DNA from: Candidatus Wirthbacteria bacterium
GTDB lineage: Bacteria > Patescibacteriota > CG2-30-54-11
Length of the DNA: 64,000 nt
Direction of reading: 5' to 3'
NCBI GenBank assembly: GCA_903889905.1
Contig: CAISZI010000028.1
Location: forward strand, 4,156-68,155
Below are positions 20,111-30,437 of this stretch, piece by piece. The position numbers were made by a program, and so were the translations under genes. Under the pieces are notes generated by a model. It was given only the letters and a program-made list of their open reading frames with translations, ran no database searches and had not been told where the DNA came from. Within the stretch, counting starts at the first letter, position 1. The number at the start of each line of letters is the position of its first letter.

Positions 20111-20200
20111 AATATTAAGCTTGGAGCATAGAGCTTTGAGCTTGGAGACAAAACATTAGTAGCTTTTGAGATATTAACGGGAAATGCCCAAAACGTCAAT

Positions 20201-21349
<1,149 letters not shown>

Positions 21350-21640
21350 CTAAATCTCCTCATACAAATCCTTCCAATTCGTGTTTGTAGAAATAATCAT
21401 ATCAACTTTCTTTTCTCTTGAACCAGCCTTAATCTGCTTCTCTCTCATAATTGCCATTTCAACATCATCAAAAACCTCAAAATAAACCAAACGACTAACG
21501 TTATATCGGGAAGTAAAACTCGCCACGAGCTTTTCTCTGTGCTCGTAGACTCGACGCTTCAAATCATTGGTAACGCCGGTATTAATAACTGTACGAGCGG
21601 GGTTGGTCAAAAGATAAACATAATATTGACGGTCTTCCAT
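21350..21640 (-). CDS. Small stand-alone GIY-YIG nuclease
   Basis: YYVYLLTN...NTGVTNDLKRRVYEH...LVYFE...AIMREKQIK...WKDL. Confidence 0.9.
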   Translation of the reverse strand: MEDRQYYVYLLTNPARTVINTGVTNDLKRRVYEHREKLVASFTSRYNVSRLVYFEVFDDVEMAIMREKQIKAGSREKKVDMIISTNTNWKDLYEEI

Positions 21641-21666
21641 TATTGGACTCCAAAATCAAGAAAGAG

Positions 21667-21702
21667 AGATTGCCGCGCCCCGCTGACGGGACTCGCAATG
21701 AC
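21667..21702 (-). repeat. Repeat family A, inverted copy upstream of GIY-YIG
   Basis: AGATTGCCGCGCCCCGCTGACGGGACTCGCAATGAC. Confidence 0.85.
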
Positions 21703-21714
21703 AGACACGAATGC

Positions 21715-23022
21715 TCAAACAAAATCGATCATCTCCTTTTCCACTCCCCCATACAACTCATCAATCTGCTTCTGCACCTCAATCGTCCGCTCCAGTGCCG
21801 TCACCACGCGGCAATAATGCCTGATATCATTGGCACTCAGGCTGCGGCCTTTACGGTCTTTGAGCCATTTGTCGCAGACCTGGTAGCCACCGATCTGGTA
21901 CTGCCAAACCTCGGCCGGTACGCAGTCAAAGTGCTGCGTGGCATTGATCCAAACCTTGCCAGCTTCAAACCGTGGTTTCTCTACTTTCCCGTCGCCGGTT
22001 CCCTCGAACTTGGCAATCGGCACCTCCAACACTGGCGACTTGAGCAAGTGCAAATCCACCAGTTGCTGCCCCAACCCGCCCAGTTTCACAAACAGTTCAT
22101 AATCCCTGGTAAACGGCACCCGCGGGAAATCCCGTTTCAGGAAGTCGGCGTACTTCTCGCGGTAGACATTGGAATACAATACGGCGTAGATGTAGTTAAA
22201 AATTGCTTCTGGCGCCAAAGGTTCCGTCCCTCCGTCATTGCGAGGAGTCTCCGACGTGGCAATCTCTCCGAGCATCTTCTGCAAGGCAACTATCAGCCGT
22301 GGATTAATGTTTGCCGTTTTTTCCGTAATTTCAACATCAAACATTGTCTTTTTCTTGGCGCTTGGATCGGGATACAAATAAAGTGGAAACATGCATGACT
22401 GCGTGGTTCGTTCACCACATTTTGTTTCCATAATTGCATCTGTGCAGAAAAAATGATCCATTTGTTGAGATTTATTACTTCTGGCAGTAATCAACGCAAC
22501 ATTAGCTTGCTGCATATGTGCCATTACTCGTCTAACAGTTCTCCAAACAACTGCATCGTGATAAAAAATATATCTATGATCAAAAGGTCGATACGATATT
22601 GACACAATGTTTTCATCGAGATTGATATTATCTAACTTCGCCAAAATCCGGTGTGCAACATCTATATCCCATCCAGTTTTTATATTAACTTGAAAGAAAG
22701 TATATAAATCATTACCAGAATAAATGCTAACTGAAAAACGTCGCATCCGGTTCACTAACTCCGTCTTGCTCATATCAATAACAAAATCATCATGTGCCGT
22801 CGTTATTCCCACCCCATTCACCGGAAACACATCCGTCACCTTCCAGAACCGCTCATAGTGTGCCAGAAGTTCCGTATTCTGCGGCACCAGCAAATACGAC
22901 TCACTCTGCGGATGAAGTTCCTGCCAGTCGGTGGTGCTCACATCGTGATGGTCGAGGTAGTCGTATTTCTGCTCCCGCAGTCCCCACACATCAGAGTAGA
23001 AGACTTTGGCCTGGTTTGACAT
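21715..23022 (-). CDS. C-terminal part of a type ISP/IIG-like R-M enzyme (target recognition domain)
   Basis: KVFYSDVWGLRE, YRPFD, IFNYIYAVLYS..YREKYADFLKRDFPRVP, VWQYQIGGYQVCDKWLKDRKGR. Confidence 0.8.
   Translation of the reverse strand: MSNQAKVFYSDVWGLREQKYDYLDHHDVSTTDWQELHPQSESYLLVPQNTELLAHYERFWKVTDVFPVNGVGITTAHDDFVIDMSKTELVNRMRRFSVSIYSGNDLYTFFQVNIKTGWDIDVAHRILAKLDNINLDENIVSISYRPFDHRYIFYHDAVVWRTVRRVMAHMQQANVALITARSNKSQQMDHFFCTDAIMETKCGERTTQSCMFPLYLYPDPSAKKKTMFDVEITEKTANINPRLIVALQKMLGEIATSETPRNDGGTEPLAPEAIFNYIYAVLYSNVYREKYADFLKRDFPRVPFTRDYELFVKLGGLGQQLVDLHLLKSPVLEVPIAKFEGTGDGKVEKPRFEAGKVWINATQHFDCVPAEVWQYQIGGYQVCDKWLKDRKGRSLSANDIRHYCRVVTALERTIEVQKQIDELYGGVEKEMIDFV
22234..22265 (+). repeat. 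Repeat family A, in-frame inside the R-M C-terminal CDS
   Basis: GTCATTGCGAGGAGTCTCCGACGTGGCAATCT, one mismatch to the 21315 copy; read as EIATSETPRND. Confidence 0.85.
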
Positions 23023-23320
23023 GGTTTGATTGCCTTGGTAAAATTGAAGCAGAAGTCCTCTGTAATGATATTCGGCGTCGAGCCGTGCTTCGCGCAAGCG
23101 AACTAGTTACAGAGGGCTTACTGTATTCAGATCAAATTTATGCTTGGAATTGTAATAATTTTTCCCATCGGCATAGTTAGATTTAGGCGCGTTTGACACT
23201 CTAAAGATTACCTTGATAAGATACTATCACAAAGATCCATTTTCCGAACTGTCACCGTAAGGTGGCGTGCCTGGGAGACACCAGGAGTAGGAAATGGATC
23301 GTTTTTTATACAGATGACAA

Positions 23321-25165
23321 TCATTTCTTCTCCCCCATCTTCACAAACAACGCGATCGCCACGCCGGCCTGGATGTCGAAGACGTTTTCGTCTTTGGAGC
23401 CGTCCGGGCATTTTTCTTTCTTGAGACTGTTGCCGTGCAGGTTGAGAATGTAGAGCTCGTCAAAACTCGTCATCAAGGACTGGCGCATACCGCGGAAGGT
23501 AGGGTTGTCTAGGTAGCTGTGGTTGGTAATAAAGCCAAGGATGCCTTCCCCGGCTTGGTCAATCTTCCACTGCGCGAAGCGGATGAATTTGACGTAGTCG
23601 TCCTGCAGCCACTTGGGATTGCGTTCGTTGAGTGAATGCCCATCAACCTGAAAATATTCCCGGATTTCCTTGGCAATCCACTCGCCATTGTTGTCGGAAT
23701 GACCGGAATACGGCGGATTGCCCATCACGACCATGATCGGGATTTCGCGCTTCACTTTGCCGGCAAGCTCGGACTCATGCGACAGTGACGTGAGGCCAGG
23801 TAAGGCAGATTGCTCGAGATCTTTCCATTCCAGCGTATTGGTGAGGTAAAGCTGGAACCGTTCATCATCCTTGAGCCGGTAGCCAAGTTCATCAAAGGTA
23901 ATCCCCGCCTTGAGATGCCCCACCGCATACGGCGCCATCATCAGTTCAAAGGCGAAGAAGTGCTTCAGGATGTGGTCATGAATCAAACTCGAAACCCCAC
24001 CGCTTCCATACTTGTTCTTGTATTCCTCTACCGCAAGGCGGATGGCGGCAACCGGAAAAGTAATGGTTCCGGCTGCTGGGTCTAGCACCGTCACAGTGTC
24101 GGAAGCAAACCCGTCAGCGCGGCCAAACCGGGTTTTGAGCAGGTGATGGATGGAACGCGTAATGTATGAAACAACCGGTTCCGGCGTGTAATAAACGCCA
24201 CGTTTTTCCCGTTCTTTGGGGTCGTATTCTGACAAAAACGTTTCGTAGAAATGAATAACCGGGTCGCGGCCTTTGCCTTCCTGATAGAAATTGTTGATGA
24301 TTTTATTGACGTCGCAATTGGCCAGTACTTCGGCGATATCATCGATGATCCATTCCATGTTGGGCGGCAAATCACCCAGTGAAATAAACTTGAACACGTC
24401 GCGCAAAATGCCGATGGTGTGCGGAATAAACTGGTAAGCCAGTGGACGGTTGAATTCCTTGTTTGCCCGGGTGCGCGCGGCAAACAATCCGTAAGTGATC
24501 GTCTGGGCAAACAAATTGGCAAAATCCTGTACCGTGAGTGTTGACAACAAGTGTTGCTTGAAGGCTTCCAAAAATGCTTCCAGAGTCTGCGTGCCCTCAA
24601 TTTTCTCTTCTTTCATTTCCTCGGCAATCACATTGTCGCGCAAAAACCGCGTGCGTTTGGCCAATTCGGTGGCGAGCTGTTTGGCGGTGAAGGTGCGGGG
24701 AATCGAAAAGGAAAAAAACTGGTCCAGTAGCTGACCAAATTCAGTTTCATTTTCCACCGGCGGCACAGCTTTGAGCTGTTGCAGGACAAACGGCCGGCCG
24801 ACCTCGGTTTTGGCAATCAACACGCCATTGCGGTACAGACGGAATTCCAGAAAATTGGTCAAGATCAAATTGGGAAAAGTCTGCCGATAACGCTTGAGTT
24901 GCTCGGATTCGGCAATCTCATCCAAATTCCCAACCGTCGGCGCCTTGGCTTCGATGTAACCGACGATTTTACTTTTGCCGTCCCAAATACGGAAATCGGG
25001 ATTGCCACCTTCGGTCTTGCGTGGCAACGTGATGACATCAAACTGCTTGTTCTGGTTTTGAATCCATAGCTTGAGCAGTTGTTTGAGGTCAGAATAAAAA
25101 CTCTCCTCCCGTGCGTCACCGTGCAGGCTGGTGGTATGAAGGGATTTGAGATAGTCAAAAAGCAT
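23321..25165 (-). CDS. N-terminal part of the R-M enzyme: nuclease-like N-terminus plus N6-adenine methyltransferase
   Basis: PDF...IEAK (PD-(D/E)xK-like), GVYYTP, VLDPAAGT, MGNPPY, GFITNHSYLDNPTFRGMR. Confidence 0.9.
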   Translation of the reverse strand: MLFDYLKSLHTTSLHGDAREESFYSDLKQLLKLWIQNQNKQFDVITLPRKTEGGNPDFRIWDGKSKIVGYIEAKAPTVGNLDEIAESEQLKRYRQTFPNLILTNFLEFRLYRNGVLIAKTEVGRPFVLQQLKAVPPVENETEFGQLLDQFFSFSIPRTFTAKQLATELAKRTRFLRDNVIAEEMKEEKIEGTQTLEAFLEAFKQHLLSTLTVQDFANLFAQTITYGLFAARTRANKEFNRPLAYQFIPHTIGILRDVFKFISLGDLPPNMEWIIDDIAEVLANCDVNKIINNFYQEGKGRDPVIHFYETFLSEYDPKEREKRGVYYTPEPVVSYITRSIHHLLKTRFGRADGFASDTVTVLDPAAGTITFPVAAIRLAVEEYKNKYGSGGVSSLIHDHILKHFFAFELMMAPYAVGHLKAGITFDELGYRLKDDERFQLYLTNTLEWKDLEQSALPGLTSLSHESELAGKVKREIPIMVVMGNPPYSGHSDNNGEWIAKEIREYFQVDGHSLNERNPKWLQDDYVKFIRFAQWKIDQAGEGILGFITNHSYLDNPTFRGMRQSLMTSFDELYILNLHGNSLKKEKCPDGSKDENVFDIQAGVAIALFVKMGEKK

Positions 25166-25187
25166 TTAAGACCTTATGAAGAAAGAG

Positions 25188-25221
25188 AGATTGCCGCGGT
25201 CGAGGACTCACTCGCAATGAC
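25188..25221 (-). repeat. Repeat family A, inverted copy upstream of the R-M gene
   Basis: AGATTGCCGCGGTCGAGGACTCACTCGCAATGAC. Confidence 0.85.
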
Positions 25222-25241
25222 AGCCACAACCAATTTCCACT

Positions 25242-26264
25242 TTATATAAACTTCGTCTGCTCTTCCTGTGGCATCTCCAACCCCAGATGCTCCAGCGCCC
25301 GTCGTGTAATTTTGCGTCCACGCGGCGTGCGCTCCAAAAATCCGATTTGCATCAGATAAGGTTCATAAACATCTTCGAGTGTATCGGCTTCCTGGGCCGT
25401 GCTGGCTGCAAGTGTCTCAATCCCAACCGGTCCACCCGCGTATTTCTCAACAATGGCGAGGAGAAGCTTGCGATCAATTTCATCGAGTCCGAGCTCATCT
25501 ACTTGTAAATCAGCGAGCGCGCGTTCGGCAATAGCCAGCGTCACATTGCCGTCATGTTCCACCTGGGCAAAGTCGCGCACACGTTTCAGCAGGCGGTTGG
25601 CGATACGCGCTGTACCGCGGGCACGTTTACCGATTTCAGCAGCGGCTTCAGCCTCTACTTCCACATTCAAAATACGTGCTGATCGCTTCACGATCTGGGC
25701 ACATTCGGCCGGTGAGTAAAAATCCAGATGGTACGTTACGCCAAACCGGTCCCTTAGCGGCGAGCTCAGCAGTGACATGCGTGTCGTGGCACCAATGATC
25801 GTGAATTTGGCGAGGTCAATACGGAAGGTTCGTGCTGCCGGGCCTTTGCCTGTGACAATGTCCAAACGGTAATCTTCCATCGCCGGGTACAAGTATTCTT
25901 CCACCATTTTGTTGAGCCGGTGAATTTCATCGATAAACAGCACGTCGCCTTCATTCAAGTTGGTCAAAATCGCCGCCAGATCGCCGGCACGCTCAATCGC
26001 CGGACCGGTGGTGGTTTTGATCGCCACGCCCATTTCGTTGGCAATAATGTTGGCGAGCGTGGTTTTGCCCAGGCCGGGAGGACCATACAACAAAACATGC
26101 TCGAGCACATCGCTGCGTTTGCGGGCAGCACCCATAAAAATGCGCAGGTTTTTCTTGACCTGCTGCTGGCCAATGTATTCTTCCAGACTGCGTGGCCGAA
26201 GGGTTTGTTCAAAAACCTCTTCCCCACTGTCATCCACATGCGCTTCCACAACCCTGTCCGTCAT
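25242..26264 (-). CDS. ruvB: Holliday junction branch migration helicase RuvB
   Basis: [28 protein letters not shown]. Confidence 0.98.
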   Translation of the reverse strand: MTDRVVEAHVDDSGEEVFEQTLRPRSLEEYIGQQQVKKNLRIFMGAARKRSDVLEHVLLYGPPGLGKTTLANIIANEMGVAIKTTTGPAIERAGDLAAILTNLNEGDVLFIDEIHRLNKMVEEYLYPAMEDYRLDIVTGKGPAARTFRIDLAKFTIIGATTRMSLLSSPLRDRFGVTYHLDFYSPAECAQIVKRSARILNVEVEAEAAAEIGKRARGTARIANRLLKRVRDFAQVEHDGNVTLAIAERALADLQVDELGLDEIDRKLLLAIVEKYAGGPVGIETLAASTAQEADTLEDVYEPYLMQIGFLERTPRGRKITRRALEHLGLEMPQEEQTKFI

Positions 26265-26273
26265 TCGTTCTCC

Positions 26274-26855
26274 TTAGTCAAACTTGGTCTGGCCAATCAT
26301 TCTGAGCGCCTGCCGGATTTGTTCGGATGCGGGCAATGTCGCGTCAATCCGCAGCAAAACTTCACGAATCTGGGTATTCTGGTAACCCAGGCTGAGCAGC
26401 GCTTCATTCACTTCGGCCGCAACACTACCACTCACACTGGCCATCCCACCTGCACTCCAATCGTATTTGCCCTGCAGCTCCAGCACCACTTTTCCGGCAG
26501 TTTTTTTGCCAATGCCTTTGGCGGTACTTAAATACGAAGCATTTGCTCCCCCAATCGCGCCACGTAAATCATCCAGTGGACCCAGGTCCAGAATCGACAG
26601 TGCGCTTTTGGGGCCAACGCCACTCACGGTTAGCAAACGTTCAAACAATTCGACTTCATCGGCCGTGGGAAAACCATAGAGGGCAATCAAATTTTCACGC
26701 ACCACCATATGCGTGTACATCACGATTTCGGTTGATGACGACAACTCCAAACCCCGTCGACTGGTAAACACCTGATAGCCAACACCGGCTTTGGTTTCCA
26801 CCAAGGCCCAGGTCATTCCCCGCTCGACAATCATACCGCGAACTGTTCTGATCAC
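26274..26855 (-). CDS. ruvA: RuvA
   Basis: GVGY, LYGF, VSGVGPK, GIGKKTA; GTG start. Confidence 0.96.
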   Translation of the reverse strand: MIRTVRGMIVERGMTWALVETKAGVGYQVFTSRRGLELSSSTEIVMYTHMVVRENLIALYGFPTADEVELFERLLTVSGVGPKSALSILDLGPLDDLRGAIGGANASYLSTAKGIGKKTAGKVVLELQGKYDWSAGGMASVSGSVAAEVNEALLSLGYQNTQIREVLLRIDATLPASEQIRQALRMIGQTKFD

Positions 26856-26867
26856 TTGTATCCCTCT

Positions 26868-27371
26868 TTAACGGAGCAACCGATTAATTTTCGATGAATT
26901 ACTGTGACAAACCGCCGCCGCCAGTGCATCAGCGGCATGGTCACTGGCGGGAATTTCCTTGAGCCCCAGCACCATTTTGACCATGCGCTGCACCTGCTGC
27001 TTATCCGCCCGGCCATAGCATGCAATAGAGAGTTTGATTTGTAAAGGCGTGTACTCGGCAAAATCCAGCCCCAGTTTCGCCGCAAGCAACGTGGCAATAC
27101 CGCAGACTTCCCCCACGCCATAAACCGATTTCATATTGTTTACGGCAAACAGTTGTTCCAGGGCCAAACTGGTGGCTCCGGCGTCGCGCGCCACTGTTTC
27201 CAGCTGGTTGTAGATAAGGTCAAGACGTTCAACTTTGGGCATCTCGGCAGCGGTTTTGATCACCCCCCACACGCTGGCCGAAAGTTTCCCCTTGGCATCC
27301 ACAGACACGATCCCGTAACCACAATTGGCCAACCCGGGATCCACACCCAAAACAACTTTGCTCGCTGTCAT
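26868..27371 (-). CDS. ruvC: Crossover junction endodeoxyribonuclease RuvC
   Basis: LGVDPG, EQLF, YTPLQIK, GRADKQQV, DHAADALA. Confidence 0.96.
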   Translation of the reverse strand: MTASKVVLGVDPGLANCGYGIVSVDAKGKLSASVWGVIKTAAEMPKVERLDLIYNQLETVARDAGATSLALEQLFAVNNMKSVYGVGEVCGIATLLAAKLGLDFAEYTPLQIKLSIACYGRADKQQVQRMVKMVLGLKEIPASDHAADALAAAVCHSNSSKINRLLR

Positions 27372-29083
27372 TACAAGTCCTCATCGTGGTTGACAGTGAC
27401 CGGTTTTGCGGCAGCTTTGGTCGTCAGTTTGACCCGTTTGGTGTCCATATACCAGGCGCTCAGATCGCCAAAGCGGTCCTGGGAGTTGATCATGATGGGC
27501 AATGTCACGTTATGAATAGCACTGCTTACAACATAGGTATACCAGGGCGAATACAAAAAGGCAGCTGGCGCATCATCCCGAATCGCCTGTTGCAGCTCGG
27601 CGTATTTGTCCTGTCGCTTTTGCTGATCCGTGAGCTTGCGTGCATCTTCGAGCAGCTTGTCAACTTTGGTGTCATTCAGCAGCGAAATATTCAGGCCAGG
27701 GTCGTTGATCTGGCTCGAATGCCAGTAGGCATAGATGTCTGGGTCCCACGATAAGTTCTGGCCAAAAAGCACCGCATCATAATCCCGTTTGCGCAGGTAA
27801 GTATCGATAAAAACGCCGAGCAAAAACGATTTGGTGTTGGCTTGAACGCCAATTGCCGTCCACATGGTGGTCACATCCTTGGCGGTCTGGTAACGGTCAG
27901 CCTGGTCATCGGTCAGAATCGTGACTGCAAGTTTGACGTTGTTTTTTTCTAAAATGCCATCACCATCCGTGTCTTTCCAACCGTCATCGGCCAGAATTTG
28001 TCTGGCTTTGGCGACATCATAAGTTATGGCGTCTTTGGGAGGCGTATATGCCCAGGATGAGGACACGAGCGGGCCATCCACGGCATCACCGCGGCCACCC
28101 AAGACGTCCTTGATCAATTGCTTCCGATCAATTGCCAGACTAAGTGCCTGTCGGACTTTGACATCCTGCAAATAGGTCTTGTCACTTTTGGTATTAAAAA
28201 AAACCGCCTGATACTGTGGCAGCGTCGCATGCAGGATCTGGGCATTGTGCAGATCTTCAACCTGTTTGAAGGACGAAGATGGAACCTGCTGCATGCCCAA
28301 CACTTTGTGGCTGCGAAAATCAGACAGCATGTCATCAAAGTTGGAATAAAACCGCAACGTCAGCGTCCGGATATAAGGCGGCTTACCATAAAAATCTGAG
28401 AAATAGGGCAATGCGGCCGACACAGCCTGATCCCCCAATGATTTGACTTGTCCCAAACGGTAAGCGCCGGTACCAATCGGATTTTTATTGAAATCATTTT
28501 TGAGCAAATCCGCAATATTGACTTTGCTCAACAAGTGCTGTGGAACAATACCAATTGAGGTGTTTTCCAAAAAGGCGGCATAGGGGCCACTTAGTTTGAA
28601 TTGCACGGTGTAATCATCGGGAGCCTGCACGTCCACACCCAGCCAGTTGCCACGAATATTTAAGGGGCCTGGGTAGTTGGGGTCCTGAATGGTTTTGATC
28701 GTAAAAACGACGTCCTGGGCTGTGAAGGGCTGGCCGTCATGCCATTTGACATCGTGACGGAGGGCAAACGTATACGTCAGATTGTCTGCACTGATATCCC
28801 AATGCAGTGCCAGGTCTCCCACAATCTGGTTGTTGGCACCAATCTTAGTCAATCCCGAAAAAACCAGGGAACAAATATCCCGGTCAACATCAGAAATAGC
28901 AGTCAGCGGATTGAGGCTAACCGGTGCCCCCACCACACCCTCGACATATTCACCGCCGACATTGGGAACCACCGTGGTATTGGAGTAATATCGGTCCAAA
29001 GCCAAATACCCAATCAGAATGCAAACATTCACCACGAGGCCAATGAGCAGGATAACCCGGCCGCGGGTAAAGAGAAGTCGCAT
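27371..29083 (-). CDS. Peptide/nickel ABC transporter substrate-binding protein (family 5)
   Basis: N-terminal TM helix, WHDGQPFTAQDVVFT, PIGTGAY, VRQALSLAIDR. Confidence 0.9.
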   Translation of the reverse strand: MRLLFTRGRVILLIGLVVNVCILIGYLALDRYYSNTTVVPNVGGEYVEGVVGAPVSLNPLTAISDVDRDICSLVFSGLTKIGANNQIVGDLALHWDISADNLTYTFALRHDVKWHDGQPFTAQDVVFTIKTIQDPNYPGPLNIRGNWLGVDVQAPDDYTVQFKLSGPYAAFLENTSIGIVPQHLLSKVNIADLLKNDFNKNPIGTGAYRLGQVKSLGDQAVSAALPYFSDFYGKPPYIRTLTLRFYSNFDDMLSDFRSHKVLGMQQVPSSSFKQVEDLHNAQILHATLPQYQAVFFNTKSDKTYLQDVKVRQALSLAIDRKQLIKDVLGGRGDAVDGPLVSSSWAYTPPKDAITYDVAKARQILADDGWKDTDGDGILEKNNVKLAVTILTDDQADRYQTAKDVTTMWTAIGVQANTKSFLLGVFIDTYLRKRDYDAVLFGQNLSWDPDIYAYWHSSQINDPGLNISLLNDTKVDKLLEDARKLTDQQKRQDKYAELQQAIRDDAPAAFLYSPWYTYVVSSAIHNVTLPIMINSQDRFGDLSAWYMDTKRVKLTTKAAAKPVTVNHDEDL

Positions 29084-29108
29084 CAGGTTCGCCCCACTTT
29101 AAAAAAAC

Positions 29109-29342
29109 CTACTTCGCGTACAGTGACAAAAATGAACTGAGCAAAAATACCCCGCTGAAGACAATCGTCAGATTGAAGACAATTTTTTCCACGCCGCGTT
29201 TGCTGCGATAGACACCACCATCCCCGCCATAGAATGACGGCATGGCAGAACCCTTGGCCTGCATCATCACCAATACGATCATGACCACAGCCGACACGGC
29301 CTGCAAACCAAAAATAAATCCCTGGGAAAGCACAAAGTTCAT
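29109..29342 (-). CDS. secG: Preprotein translocase subunit SecG
   Basis: Two TM helices, MQAKG...GG...RSKRGVEK. Confidence 0.88.
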   Translation of the reverse strand: MNFVLSQGFIFGLQAVSAVVMIVLVMMQAKGSAMPSFYGGDGGVYRSKRGVEKIVFNLTIVFSGVFLLSSFLSLYAK

Positions 29343-29413
29343 AGGATTAACCTGCTAAGATTTGAACGGCGACAGTATAACACAAATTTCATTTTTCGAA
29401 ATTCCCTTGTTCT

Positions 29414-29508
29414 ATCATTGCAAGCCTTGCGCGGCCCAAGTCCGGCAGAACTGGGCAATCTAGCTTCTGAAACGAAAGATTGCCACGTCGAAGACTCCTC
29501 GCAATGAC
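29414..29508. repeat. Repeat family A, empty inverted pair
   Basis: Degenerate ATCATTGCAAG...GGCAATCT followed by AGATTGCCACGTCGAAGACTCCTCGCAATGAC. Confidence 0.75.
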
Positions 29509-29514
29509 AGAAAA

Positions 29515-30288
29515 CTAACGCGCCCTGCTTTTCTCTGCTTCCGCAATCATCTTCGTAAATTTCTCTGTTTTCAGGCTGGCCCCACCCACGAGCGCACCAT
29601 CAATATCGGGCATGGCCATATATTCGGCGATGTTCTCCTCGGTTGTGCTACCACCGTACAGGATCAGCGTTTTGTCAGCAATCTCCGCCCCAAACATCGC
29701 GTTGACCAAATTGCGGAGTGCACCGATAACTTCTTCGGCTTGTTCCTTGGATGCGGCAAGCCCAGTACCAATCGCCCAGACCGGTTCATAAGCAATAACG
29801 AGATTTTCACCATTAATTGCCTGACCTGTTAACGCAACACGAGCTTGATTGAGGATGAAGTTAAGATAATCACCCCCCTGGCGCACATCCAGGAGTTCAC
29901 CCACGCAGACAATGGGAAGCAACCCGTTCGCCATGGCAATAGTTGTCTTCTTGTTGACGAGTTCGTTGGTTTCACCAAAGTACTGGCGGCGTTCGGAGTG
30001 GCCAATGATGACATATTTCACCAATCCGGCCAGCATTTTGGCGGAGATTTCACCGGTATATGCCCCTTTTTCTTCGGACCAGACATTTTGTGCGCCCACA
30101 GCAATGTCGCTGCCAACCACAGATTTCACCACTTCGCTCAAATGGGTAAACGGCGGACAGATGACCACCAGAGTTTTGGTAAACTTTCCACTTGAGCTCA
30201 CAAAACCGCTCAGATTGATGGCCAGATCAGAGCCTTCGGCGACTGTAGTGTTCATTTTCCAGTTACCCGCGATCATGGCTTTGCGCAT
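29515..30288 (-). CDS. tpiA: Triosephosphate isomerase
   Basis: GNWKM, GHSERR, AYEPVWAIGTG, LVGGASL. Confidence 0.98.
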   Translation of the reverse strand: MRKAMIAGNWKMNTTVAEGSDLAINLSGFVSSSGKFTKTLVVICPPFTHLSEVVKSVVGSDIAVGAQNVWSEEKGAYTGEISAKMLAGLVKYVIIGHSERRQYFGETNELVNKKTTIAMANGLLPIVCVGELLDVRQGGDYLNFILNQARVALTGQAINGENLVIAYEPVWAIGTGLAASKEQAEEVIGALRNLVNAMFGAEIADKTLILYGGSTTEENIAEYMAMPDIDGALVGGASLKTEKFTKMIAEAEKSRAR

Positions 30289-30345
30289 AGCTGTCTCCTA
30301 ATGGATTTAACCAACGAATTTATACCACAAAAATAGGGAGAATTT

Positions 30346-30437
30346 AACTCACCCTACCCTCTCTTTAAAAAAAGAGAGGGTAAATACAAAAAAAATCTTC
30401 CTCCCCCTTTGTTCAAAGGGGGAGGTTGGAGGGAGTT
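30346..30437. repeat. Repeat family B, composite C/G-rich hairpins
   Basis: TACCCTCTCTTT/AAAGAGAGGGTA and CCTCCCCCTTTG/CAAAGGGGGAGG. Confidence 0.6.

Noticed and set aside
23023-23320. Group I/II intron or integron attC call for the spacer
   Set aside because: I could not identify the intron core motifs or the RYYYAAC/GTTRRRY boxes, so it is left as an unclassified structure
23306-23323. TGA read-through (code 25 or selenocysteine) joining the R-M halves
   Set aside because: An in-frame TAA follows four sense codons later, the halves are in different frames, and TGA is a normal stop elsewhere in the window
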